Origin: Candidatus Poribacteria bacterium
Lineage (GTDB): Bacteria; Poribacteria; WGA-4E; PCPOR2b
Length of the DNA stretch: 64,000 nt
Assembly (NCBI GenBank): GCA_965208325.1
Contig: OZ242326.1
Span: 1,828,859 to 1,892,858, forward strand
Direction: 5' to 3'
Part shown: positions 49,474-58,497 of the stretch, piece by piece
How positions within the stretch are numbered: position 1 is the first letter of the stretch
Layout: every line of letters starts with the position of its first letter
Position numbers and translations under genes: made by a program
The notes under the pieces: generated by a model
Databases searched by the model: none
Told to the model about the DNA's origin: nothing
The model's input: only the letters and a program-made list of their open reading frames with translations

Positions 49474-50862
49474 ATGACTCGATACAACATGTGTTTAGTT
49501 ATTATTTGTGCAGTGTTAATTTGCCCGCTCGTTGGTGTCTTGGATACCACCGCGGAAATTCAGGATGAACAAGAAGCCGATCCGCCGGAGCCGCTTACAC
49601 TTGAACAGTGTATTCAGCTTGCTGTTGAAGAGTCGTCTGACATGAGAAACGCGGCGATAGATTCGGCACTTCAGGAACTCCGCATAAAGAACGCGCGAGC
49701 GCTCTATTACCCAGAACTTTTCCTAAATGGACGTTATCTAGTTTCGGACCGCTCAAATCAGATATTTGACCAGCGCCTGCTTGGCGGCGATCAGGAGGGT
49801 TCCGTGTCTATTGGGCACAACTATGATGCCGGCGTCACGGCGCGGTATACGTTATGGGATCATGGTCAGAGAAGGGCAAATTTCGCGCGGGCGAAGGAGA
49901 GCCTGAACGTGACCGAGCGGCGGAACCGCCGGATAAAGCAGAATCTGATTTTTGATGTGACACAGGCATACTATAATGTGCTAAAAACACAAGCGTTGGT
50001 CAAGGTTGATAAAGAGGTTTTGGCGCGTTCGAGGGAGAACCGCGAGCGTGTTGAGGACTTTGTCAAGGCGGGCGTTCAGATTGAAGCGGATATTGCGACG
50101 GCACAAGTCAGGGAGGCGAACGACGAATTAAACTTACTGAACGACGAAAACGAACTCGAGATTGCGATGGCAAATCTACCGCGGATTATGGGGTTGGATC
50201 CGGGCACACTCATCACGGTGGCGGAGGACACAACGTATCAGTTGTACCGCGAAAACGGGAAGGTCGAATTGATTGAAATTTCGCTTCAGGAAGCTATTGA
50301 GCGAGCCAATGAGAATCGCCCCGAATTTGGGGAGGCAAAATCCAGAATTAAACAGCTTGAATCAGATTTGGTATTGGCAAAGTTGGGCCGATGGCCGCGG
50401 CTAAACGCAGAGTCGAGTTATGAACTCTCCATTGATGATTCGGTTGATGAATCCAGGAATTTCAATGATTTTCAGAATTGGAACATTACCGCGACGCTGA
50501 ATTTTCCCATATTTGACGGCGGGGTCACAAAACGCCGCACGCAAGAAGCTACACTGACACTTGAGCAGGAACGTGAGACTGCCGGAGACCTTGAACGGTC
50601 TATCGCATTAGAGGTTCGCCAAGCCTACCTCAGCCTGAAGCGGGCGGAACGGGCGTTGGAAATTACCGACACGCAGGTGCGAAACGCTGAGTTAAGCCTC
50701 GAAGTGACGCGAGGACGGTATGAACAGGAACTTGCCATCTTGTTGGAACTGCTCGACGCACAGACTGAATTTGCGGGCGCCTTGACGAATCAGGTTCGCG
50801 CCTTTTACGACTATAAAATTGCGCAAGCGGCGCTGCAGCGCGCTATGGGCATTCTCGGATGA
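49474..50862 (+). CDS. TolC family outer membrane protein
   Basis: AGGAGG RBS; LTLEQCIQLA, FPIFDGG, LELLDAQ. Confidence 0.9.
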   Translation: MTRYNMCLVIICAVLICPLVGVLDTTAEIQDEQEADPPEPLTLEQCIQLAVEESSDMRNAAIDSALQELRIKNARALYYPELFLNGRYLVSDRSNQIFDQRLLGGDQEGSVSIGHNYDAGVTARYTLWDHGQRRANFARAKESLNVTERRNRRIKQNLIFDVTQAYYNVLKTQALVKVDKEVLARSRENRERVEDFVKAGVQIEADIATAQVREANDELNLLNDENELEIAMANLPRIMGLDPGTLITVAEDTTYQLYRENGKVELIEISLQEAIERANENRPEFGEAKSRIKQLESDLVLAKLGRWPRLNAESSYELSIDDSVDESRNFNDFQNWNITATLNFPIFDGGVTKRRTQEATLTLEQERETAGDLERSIALEVRQAYLSLKRAERALEITDTQVRNAELSLEVTRGRYEQELAILLELLDAQTEFAGALTNQVRAFYDYKIAQAALQRAMGILG

Positions 50863-50944
50863 AAATGTCAGGAACGGGGTTCAATAAACCACAGCTCGAC
50901 GTTCAAAACTTACGAACGCAAATTACAATCCAAGGGGTAGCCAA

Positions 50945-51625
50945 TTGTTAATTGATGTCCGCAATTTAAAGAAGATATACGCAATCGGAAAAGTTGAAGT
51001 TCACGCCCTGCGCGGCGTTTCGTTTACTGTTGAATCCGGCGAGTTTATCGCTATCATGGGGCCGTCTGGTTCCGGGAAATCCACACTGATGGATATTCTC
51101 GGCTGCCTCGCAAAGCCGACGGAAGGCGAGTATTATCTTGAGGCGCAAGAGGTCGGCAAGCTATCGGATAATCATCTTGCGGAGATTCGCAACCGAAAAG
51201 TCGGTTTTGTGTTTCAATCGTTCAATCTACTGCCGCGGACGACAGCGTTACACAATGTCGAGTTGCCGCTTATCTACAGCGGTGTGGGGCGTAGAGAGCG
51301 GAAGCGGAGAGCTTTTGAAGCGTTGGAAGCTGTTGGATTGGCGGACCGCGTCAACCACAAATCCAATGAACTGTCCGGCGGGCAGATTCAGCGCGTTGCA
51401 ATTGCGCGCGCACTGGTCAATAATCCGTCAATTACCTTTGCCGATGAGCCGACGGGGAATTTGGACACGAAGTCAAGTGCAGAGCTTATGTCAATCTTCG
51501 AGGAGTTGAACCAAGGCGGCAACACGATTATCATGGTGACGCACGAGGCGGAACTTGCTGCCCATGCGCGGCGAATTCTCCACATTCGCGACGGTATGAT
51601 TGAACGAGACGCGCGGCGAGGGTGA
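50945..51625 (+). CDS. MacB/LolD-type ABC ATP-binding protein
   Basis: [33 protein letters not shown]. Confidence 0.93.
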   Translation: MLIDVRNLKKIYAIGKVEVHALRGVSFTVESGEFIAIMGPSGSGKSTLMDILGCLAKPTEGEYYLEAQEVGKLSDNHLAEIRNRKVGFVFQSFNLLPRTTALHNVELPLIYSGVGRRERKRRAFEALEAVGLADRVNHKSNELSGGQIQRVAIARALVNNPSITFADEPTGNLDTKSSAELMSIFEELNQGGNTIIMVTHEAELAAHARRILHIRDGMIERDARRG

Positions 51626-51896
51626 ATGAAGGAGGGTAAAGAACCCCGCGGAGAAGCAAGGGTGGAAGGATGGAAGAGTAAAAACACTGCGGTTGCGTTG
51701 GTTGGCGGCCGCGAGGGGATTAATGCTAAAGACTTTAGGAATACCATCGCCCTCCCTATTCGGTCGGTTGATTAATTTACGCGAGAAACAACCTACAAAA
51801 ACTATCGCCTTCCCTATTCGGTCAGTTGATCCTCCTTGGCAAGGAGGGGGACAAATGCTAACTTGTCCTTGGGAAGGAAGAGGGGAAGAAAACACC

Positions 51897-52493
51897 GTCT
51901 GAACTGTGTTTTGGGGGATTGAATGATGGGGTGGGATTGTCCGAACTGTGATGCGTGGGATTAAATGATGGGCTATGATTGTCTGAACTGTGATTTATTT
52001 GATTAAATGGTGGGGTGTGATTGTCTGAACTGTGATTCGTGTGATTAAATGATAGACTATGATTAAAGAAGAGCACAAGTTTTCGGAATTGACTGGGAAG
52101 GTGATTGGATTCGCGATGAAAGTTCATTCAGCGTTGGGAAACGGATTTCAGGAAGTTATCTATCAGCGGGCATTAGAAATTGAAATGGCAAACGCAGGCG
52201 TAATTTTCAGCCGCGAGCACGAGATGCCAATCTACTATAATGGGGAGCAAATTGGCGCTCGAAGGGTTGATTTCTTAGTAGAATCCGTTGTCTGTGTGGA
52301 ATTGAAGGCAATCATGCAACTGGAAGATATCCATTTGGCGCAGGCGATAAATTATTTGGAGGCATACGATTTGGAGGTTGGGTTACTTATTAACTTTGGT
52401 GCAAGAAGTCTTCAGTTTAAAAGGGTAACCAATGAGAATTTTAAGCAGAGAAATCTAGGTAATCCTAAAATTGCATGAATCACGGTTAAGACA
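51897..52493 (+). mobile_element. Putative GxxExxY element E1: 4 x 42-bp left-end array, gene, inverted right end
   Basis: GTCTGAACTGTGAT units at 51897, 51939, 51981, 52023; AATCACGGTTAAGACA at 52478-52493. Confidence 0.65.
52059..52478 (+). CDS. GxxExxY protein (PD-(D/E)XK nuclease fold)
   Basis: LGNGFQEVIY, RVDFLVE..VELKA, QAINYL, GLLINFG. Confidence 0.93.
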   Translation: MIKEEHKFSELTGKVIGFAMKVHSALGNGFQEVIYQRALEIEMANAGVIFSREHEMPIYYNGEQIGARRVDFLVESVVCVELKAIMQLEDIHLAQAINYLEAYDLEVGLLINFGARSLQFKRVTNENFKQRNLGNPKIA

Positions 52494-52500
52494 TATTTGC

Positions 52501-52812
52501 TGTCTGAACTGTGATTCGTGTGATTAAATGATGGGCCATGATTGTCTGAACTGTGATTTATGTGATTAAATGATGGGCTGGGATTGTCTGAACTGTGATT
52601 TATGTGATTAAATGATGGGCTATGATTAAAGAATAGCATGAGTATTCGGAGTTGACTGGGAAGGTGATTGGATGTACCATAACAGTTCGTTCGGGCGTGA
52701 ACAGGAGAGGCCTATATGCTTTAGAGAGCAACAATACGGCGCGCAAAGAAACGATAATTTCAAGCAAAGAAATAGAAGGAAGTTTAATATTCTATAAATC
52801 ACGGTTAAGACA
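52501..52812 (+). mobile_element. Internally deleted GxxExxY derivative E2 (3 x 42-bp array)
   Basis: Units at 52502, 52544, 52586; MIKE*HEYSELTGKVIG remnant; gene 3' remnant; right end 52797-52812. Confidence 0.65.
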
Positions 52813-52815
52813 ACG

Positions 52816-55404
52816 ATGGCACTGAAGAAATCACAAATTTACGCGTCGCTTTGGCAGAGTTGCGACGAGTTGCGCGGCGGCATGGATTCCTCCCAATACA
52901 AGGATTATATCCTGACGCTGCTGTTTATGAAGTATGTCTCGGACAAGTACGCCGACGATAGTTACGCTCTGGTTGATATTCCTGACGGAGGCGGCTTCGA
53001 GGACATGGCGAAGCTAGGCGGCGACAAGGAGATTGGCGACAAAATCAACAAGATTATCGGAAGGTTTGCGGAGGCAAACGAACTCAAAGGGGTCGTCGAT
53101 CAGGCGGATTTCAACGACGCGAGCAAACTTGGCGCCGGCAAAGAGATGCAGGACCGGTTATCCAAGCTGGTCGCTATATTCGATGCGCTCGACTTTCGTG
53201 CCAACCGTGCCGAGGGAGACGATTTGCTCGGAGACGCATATGAGTACCTCATGCGCCACTTCGCCACCGAGTCTGGCAAAAGCAAGGGACAGTTCTACAC
53301 TCCCGCCGAGGTATCCCGCATCATGGCGAAGGTAATCGGAATTGGGCCGGACACCCGGCAGAACCACACCATCTACGATCCGGCTTGCGGCTCAGGTTCG
53401 TTGCTGCTGAAAGCCGCAGACGAGGCGCCAAACGAAATTAGCATTTATGGTCAGGAAAAGGACATCGCTACCTACGCGCTTGTGCGAATGAACATGTTTC
53501 TGCACGGCAATCCGACTGCGGTCATCTGGCAAGGAAACACGCTGTCTACCCCGCACTTCAAAAATCAAAACAGCGGCTTAAAGACCTTCGATTTCGCCGT
53601 CGCTAATCCGCCCTTCTCCGACAAAGCCTGGAACACCGGCTTCAATCCAGCGCACGACGAGTTTCGTCGCTTCGAGTATGGGGTTCCGCCCGCCAGAAAC
53701 GGCGATTACGCCTTTCTGCTGCACTTCATTACCTCGCTCAACAGCAGAGGCAAAGGCGCAATTATTCTGCCTCATGGCGTACTGTTTCGCGGCAACAAGG
53801 AGGCGGATATCCGAAGGAAGCTTATTCAACAAGGATTCATTAAAGGAATCATCGGTTTGCCCGCCAATCTTTTCTACGGCACCGGCATCCCCGCCTGCAT
53901 TCTGGTCATCGACAAGGAGAACGCCCACGCACGTACCGGCATTTTCATGATTGACGCCAGCAAGGGTTTCATTAAGGACGGCAACAAGAACCGACTCCGC
54001 GCCCAGGATATCCACAAGGTTGTGGATGTCTTCAATACGCAGACTGAGCTTGAGGGCTACTCCCGGATGGTGCCGGTATCCGAGATTTCGGCCCCTACCA
54101 GCGATTACAACCTCAATATCCCGCGTTACATTGACGCCAGCGAGCCGGAAGATTTGCACGACCTTGACGCCCATCTGAACGGCGGCATCCCAGACACGGA
54201 CATAGATGCGCTTAATACTTATTGGTCGGTATTTCCTTCGCTTCGTCCAGAACTGTTTAAGGCTAACGGGAGGCAAGGCTACAGCGACCCTAAAGTGGCG
54301 ACGCAGCAGGTAAAAGCCACTATCCTCAATCATAGTGAGTTTGCCGCGTTCAAACTACGTGCGAGAATCATCTTCAACACTTGGTGGGATGCCCACGAAC
54401 CGATTCTGCTAGGTGTCAATGCCGACACTATTCCCAAGAGAGTCGTCGACCGGTTATCGCAAGATCTCCTCGCCCAATTCAACAAACTTCCACTCCTTGA
54501 TCGGTATGATGTGTACCAGGGACTAATGGACTATTGGGAAGACGTCATGCAGGACGATGTATATCTGGTCGTAGCAGACGGCTGGTTGGCAGGACGAACC
54601 CTAAGGCAAACCTACGACAAGGAATTGCCGGATTTCACGAGAAAGAAAGGACAAAAAACTGTTAAGTACGTTGGTGAACTAATTCCAGCGTCTTTAGTGA
54701 TTAGCAGATTTTTTTATGATGAAAAGAAGAAACTAGAGCGACTTGAGGCCGAAATTGAAGTGTTGACGCAACGAAAGGAAGAATTTGAAGAAGAACACGG
54801 AGATGGCGAAGGGGCACTGGTTGGTCTTGAAGGTAGCAATGGGAATATAACTAAAGGCAATGTCACCAAACGAATGAAGGAACATCACGAAAACCTTTTG
54901 AAGGTATACCCAGATAAAACATCTAAACACACGCAAATTAAATCGGTAAAGATCAAAGATCTGAGTAATAGAGAATGGATTGAGAAAATCAGAAACAAAG
55001 AAATTTTATCTAAGGAATCAAATAATTCTTATACTCATGATGCTGAAGGAATACTTGAGGAATTAGACGTGCTTTACGACTATCTCGAACTCCTAACAGT
55101 AGAAGCGAGACAAAAGAAGCTACACAAGTGTACACTTAATAACCTACATACCGCGGTTATAGCAAAGTATGATAATCTGACCGAGGCAGAAATCAAAATA
55201 CTTGTAGTTAAGGACAAATGGTTTACAGGAATCCAGGGAGTGATCGAAGGCGAGGTTGAACGACTGACACAGCAACTTACCGGTCGTGTGAATGAGTTAG
55301 AGGAGCGGTATGCGCAGGCATTGCCAGAATTGGATTGCAAGGTACAAGCGTTCGCCATGAAAGTTGCAGCGCATTTACGAATGATGGGGATTGATTGGGC
55401 ATGA
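52816..55404 (+). CDS. hsdM: Type I R-M methyltransferase subunit (long form)
   Basis: GQFYTP, DPACGSG, ANPPF, YNLNIPRY. Confidence 0.95.
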   Translation: MALKKSQIYASLWQSCDELRGGMDSSQYKDYILTLLFMKYVSDKYADDSYALVDIPDGGGFEDMAKLGGDKEIGDKINKIIGRFAEANELKGVVDQADFNDASKLGAGKEMQDRLSKLVAIFDALDFRANRAEGDDLLGDAYEYLMRHFATESGKSKGQFYTPAEVSRIMAKVIGIGPDTRQNHTIYDPACGSGSLLLKAADEAPNEISIYGQEKDIATYALVRMNMFLHGNPTAVIWQGNTLSTPHFKNQNSGLKTFDFAVANPPFSDKAWNTGFNPAHDEFRRFEYGVPPARNGDYAFLLHFITSLNSRGKGAIILPHGVLFRGNKEADIRRKLIQQGFIKGIIGLPANLFYGTGIPACILVIDKENAHARTGIFMIDASKGFIKDGNKNRLRAQDIHKVVDVFNTQTELEGYSRMVPVSEISAPTSDYNLNIPRYIDASEPEDLHDLDAHLNGGIPDTDIDALNTYWSVFPSLRPELFKANGRQGYSDPKVATQQVKATILNHSEFAAFKLRARIIFNTWWDAHEPILLGVNADTIPKRVVDRLSQDLLAQFNKLPLLDRYDVYQGLMDYWEDVMQDDVYLVVADGWLAGRTLRQTYDKELPDFTRKKGQKTVKYVGELIPASLVISRFFYDEKKKLERLEAEIEVLTQRKEEFEEEHGDGEGALVGLEGSNGNITKGNVTKRMKEHHENLLKVYPDKTSKHTQIKSVKIKDLSNREWIEKIRNKEILSKESNNSYTHDAEGILEELDVLYDYLELLTVEARQKKLHKCTLNNLHTAVIAKYDNLTEAEIKILVVKDKWFTGIQGVIEGEVERLTQQLTGRVNELEERYAQALPELDCKVQAFAMKVAAHLRMMGIDWA

Positions 55405-56666
55405 ACACGGCAAAGACACTATCGCCAATACCACATCTACAAAGGTTTAGCGGTGATTGGCAAATGAAGCGACTTCAGGAAATTTCAGATATTAATCCCC
55501 AGAACGTTTTAAGTAACACAAATCCAGACTACAAATTCAACTACATTTCGCTTGAGCATGTAGATAAGGGAAGTTTGCTGGGTTATTCCGAAGAAGTCTT
55601 TCGCACAGCTCCCTCAAGGGCACAGCGCATCCTTCAACATGGTGACGTACTCATGTCAACAGTCAGGCCAAACCTTATGGCACATCTCTTTTTTCACGAC
55701 CAAGTACCGAATGCCGTTTGTTCCACAGGCTTCGCCGTCCTTCGTGCAAAATGCAACCTATCCGCCCCTTATTTTCTATTTGTCCAATTATTTAGCCAAA
55801 GCGTGAATGATCAGATTACAAAAATCATTGCCGGATCGAATTACCCAGCTATCAATAGCCGTGACATCATATTTATTGAGATTCCTTGCCCCCCTCAAAT
55901 ATGCGAACAGCACGCGATTGCCAAGGTACTGTCGGATGTGAACGGTTTGATTGGGGCGTTGGATGCACTCATTGCGAAAAAGCGGGCAATCAAACAAGCA
56001 ACCATGCAGCAACTCCTCACCGGTAAGGCACGCCTGCCGGGGTTTAGTGGGGAGTGGGAGGCAAGACAGTTGAGAGAGCTTGGTACCTTCAAAAAAGGCC
56101 GCGGGATAAAGCGAGATGAAATATCTTACGAAGGGCTGCCATGTATCCGCTATGGAGAACTATACACACGATACCAAGACTATATCTTGAAGTTAGCATC
56201 TCGTATACCACCTACTGTTGCTGCAACTGCGTTGCCTATCAGGACTGGAGATCTCCTATTTGCGGGGTCAGGTGAAACCGCAGAAGAAATTGGGCGCTGC
56301 GCGGCGTATGTCGGCAAAGAAAAAGCGTACGCCGGTGGAGACATCATCGTATTGACAGCATCAGGACAGAATTCGATTTATCTTGGTCATCTAATGAACC
56401 ATCCAATTGTGTCTGTGCAGAAAACTCGTATGGGTCAGGGCGACGCTGTCGTTCATATCAGTACCAATAATTTGGCTCAAATTCAGATAAAACTCCCGCC
56501 TATTGCAGAACAAAACACCATCGCCACTGTACTCTCCGACATGGACGCCGAAATTGTCGCGTTGGAGGAGCGTCGGGACAAGACCCGTGCCATCAAGCGG
56601 GGAATGATGCAGCAGCTTCTTACGGGGCGGGTACGGTTGGTGAAATCTGGTGCGGGTACGGTCTGA
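55401..56666 (+). CDS. hsdS: Type I R-M specificity subunit
   Basis: ATGA overlap with hsdM; two TRDs each followed by EQ..IA.VLSD...MQQLLTG. Confidence 0.93.
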   Translation: MNTAKTLSPIPHLQRFSGDWQMKRLQEISDINPQNVLSNTNPDYKFNYISLEHVDKGSLLGYSEEVFRTAPSRAQRILQHGDVLMSTVRPNLMAHLFFHDQVPNAVCSTGFAVLRAKCNLSAPYFLFVQLFSQSVNDQITKIIAGSNYPAINSRDIIFIEIPCPPQICEQHAIAKVLSDVNGLIGALDALIAKKRAIKQATMQQLLTGKARLPGFSGEWEARQLRELGTFKKGRGIKRDEISYEGLPCIRYGELYTRYQDYILKLASRIPPTVAATALPIRTGDLLFAGSGETAEEIGRCAAYVGKEKAYAGGDIIVLTASGQNSIYLGHLMNHPIVSVQKTRMGQGDAVVHISTNNLAQIQIKLPPIAEQNTIATVLSDMDAEIVALEERRDKTRAIKRGMMQQLLTGRVRLVKSGAGTV

Positions 56667-56836
56667 GCTGTGATTCGTGTGATTAAATGATGGGCTATGA
56701 TTAAAGAAGGGAATAAGTTTTCTGAGGTGACTGGGAAGGTGATTGGCTGTGCCGAGACGGTGTATTCGGCAAACCGCCATTCACACAATCTTCAATCGAT
56801 AAAATCGTGACAAATCCTTAAATCACGGTTCAGACA
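56660..56836 (+). mobile_element. Internally deleted GxxExxY derivative E3
   Basis: One 42-bp unit at 56661, MIKEGNKFSEVTGKVIG remnant, AATCACGGTTCAGACA at 56821-56836. Confidence 0.65.
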
Positions 56837-56894
56837 ATGTTAGATTTCGCCACTAAACTAGCTCCGCCATTTCGAATTAAAAGGACTGCCCTGC

Positions 56895-56984
56895 GGCATT
56901 AACCGGGGGATTATGCAGTAACTTCTCACGGGGCGGCTGCGGTTGATGAAGCCCAACCCAGCTCGGGAGCGATTGGAGAATTGA
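56895..56984 (+). pseudogene. Degenerate duplicate of the hsdS 3' end
   Basis: GINRGIMQ*LLTGRLRLMK versus hsdS AIKRGMMQQLLTGRVRLVK. Confidence 0.75.
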
Positions 56985-57191
56985 ATACTAAGCGGTCCTA
57001 TGTATGAAGATATAAAACTAAAATACACATTTACAATCGACTCCGTTTTTAATACCTCCTGCCAAGGAATTAAGAGCTATCTTATAGATAGACCTCGAAT
57101 CCCCATAACCAAATGTACCCGTCGACTAAAAAACGCCTACTAAAGAATCCTTAAGGACAACACGAGCGTTTCTTAAAGCGTTAGGAAGTGT

Positions 57192-57665
57192 ATGAATATT
57201 ACATTTTCGGATCAGGAAATTGAAGCGTTGATACAGGAACGCAAAGTTTTACCCAATAACTGGTATGGGCAATTCTCCACAAAAAGGAAGCGTCGTCACA
57301 AGGAACGACATCTAGATGTGATTGGTGAAGCGGAGAATGAATTTCACGTCATAATCAGGGAAAACCAAGTTAATCAGTTAGACTTTTCAGTCATTTTAGC
57401 GGTTCGTATTCCCGAATCAAGCAGAAGTTTCCGCCTTCGTCGCTACAACGGCGGGAGCCACGAACATACCAACCAGATTGAAAAAGTAAGGTTTCACGGC
57501 TTCCACATTCATTACGCGACAGAACAATATCAGCAGAAGGGACTAGCAGAGGACTTGTATGCAGAACCAACAAACCGCTATACTGACGTTAATGGCGCCC
57601 TTCAGTGTCTGATTGTCGACGCAAATTTCGAAGAATCGAATGAGTTGCAGGGCACTCTATTTTAG
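57192..57665 (+). CDS. Hypothetical protein (DUF6978-like)
   Basis: LRRYNG..HEHTN...FHIH motif; paired with DUF1828 gene. Confidence 0.65.
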   Translation: MNITFSDQEIEALIQERKVLPNNWYGQFSTKRKRRHKERHLDVIGEAENEFHVIIRENQVNQLDFSVILAVRIPESSRSFRLRRYNGGSHEHTNQIEKVRFHGFHIHYATEQYQQKGLAEDLYAEPTNRYTDVNGALQCLIVDANFEESNELQGTLF

Positions 57666-57677
57666 GAGGCGTAAGCA

Positions 57678-58448
57678 ATGTCCATCAATACCATAGAACA
57701 AGACTTCATGGCTAAGGTCTCGGCAGAGGTTCGACTTTCAGCCGAGGACAGCGAGCGTTTCCGTGTGTTTACCCCTTTCATGTTTGAGGACGGCGATCAC
57801 TTCGTCATTGTCCTGAAAAAAGACGGTAATCGGTGGATACTCACCGACGAAGCACATACCTTCATGCACCTCACCTACGACATTGATGAAAAGCTGCTTC
57901 ATCGTGGTACGCGCCGGGAGATTATTTCTAAAGCGCTCTCCATGTTCGAGGTGGAGGACCGCAATGGCGAGCTAATACTTGAAATACAAGATGGGTGTTA
58001 CGGCGAGGCCCTTTTTTCCTTTGCTCAGGCAATTCTCAAGATAGCCGACGTGTCGTACTTGACAAGAGAAAGAGTACAATCTACGTTTATGGAAGATTTT
58101 CACGCGTTGTTGCATGAAAAAGTGCCAAAACAGCGCATGAGTTTCAACTGGTGTCCTCGAGAATATGATACTAATGGAATATATGCGGTAGATTGTCGAA
58201 TCAACGGAATGCCTGAACCGCTCTTCGTTTACGCCCTCCATAGTAACACTAGGGTCAGAGACGCCATAATTGCACTGCAACGGTTCAAGGCGTGGGAGAT
58301 GCCATTTCAACCGCTGGGCATTTTTGAGGATAGGGAGAAAAACACTCGCAAGGTATTGGCATGTTTCGACGCGGTGTGCGAAAAGCAGTTTCACAAGTTT
58401 TACGAAAACCAAGAAGAGATTGGAGTTTATCTAAGTCAGTACATCTGA
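57678..58448 (+). CDS. DUF1828-domain protein
   Basis: TPFMFEDGDH...W.LTDEAHT; AGGAGG RBS. Confidence 0.75.
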   Translation: MSINTIEQDFMAKVSAEVRLSAEDSERFRVFTPFMFEDGDHFVIVLKKDGNRWILTDEAHTFMHLTYDIDEKLLHRGTRREIISKALSMFEVEDRNGELILEIQDGCYGEALFSFAQAILKIADVSYLTRERVQSTFMEDFHALLHEKVPKQRMSFNWCPREYDTNGIYAVDCRINGMPEPLFVYALHSNTRVRDAIIALQRFKAWEMPFQPLGIFEDREKNTRKVLACFDAVCEKQFHKFYENQEEIGVYLSQYI

Positions 58449-58497
58449 GGATTCCCCGATCAACAGCAACATGGTGGAACCGGTTTGAAGGAGATTC

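Noticed and set aside
51897-52627. CRISPR- or TIGR-like guide array in the 42-bp repeats
   Set aside because: Units differ only by point substitutions, with no unique spacers; they match the element's left end
52478-52812. Integron attC sites
   Set aside because: GTTAAGA does not fit GTTRRRY and there is no integrase
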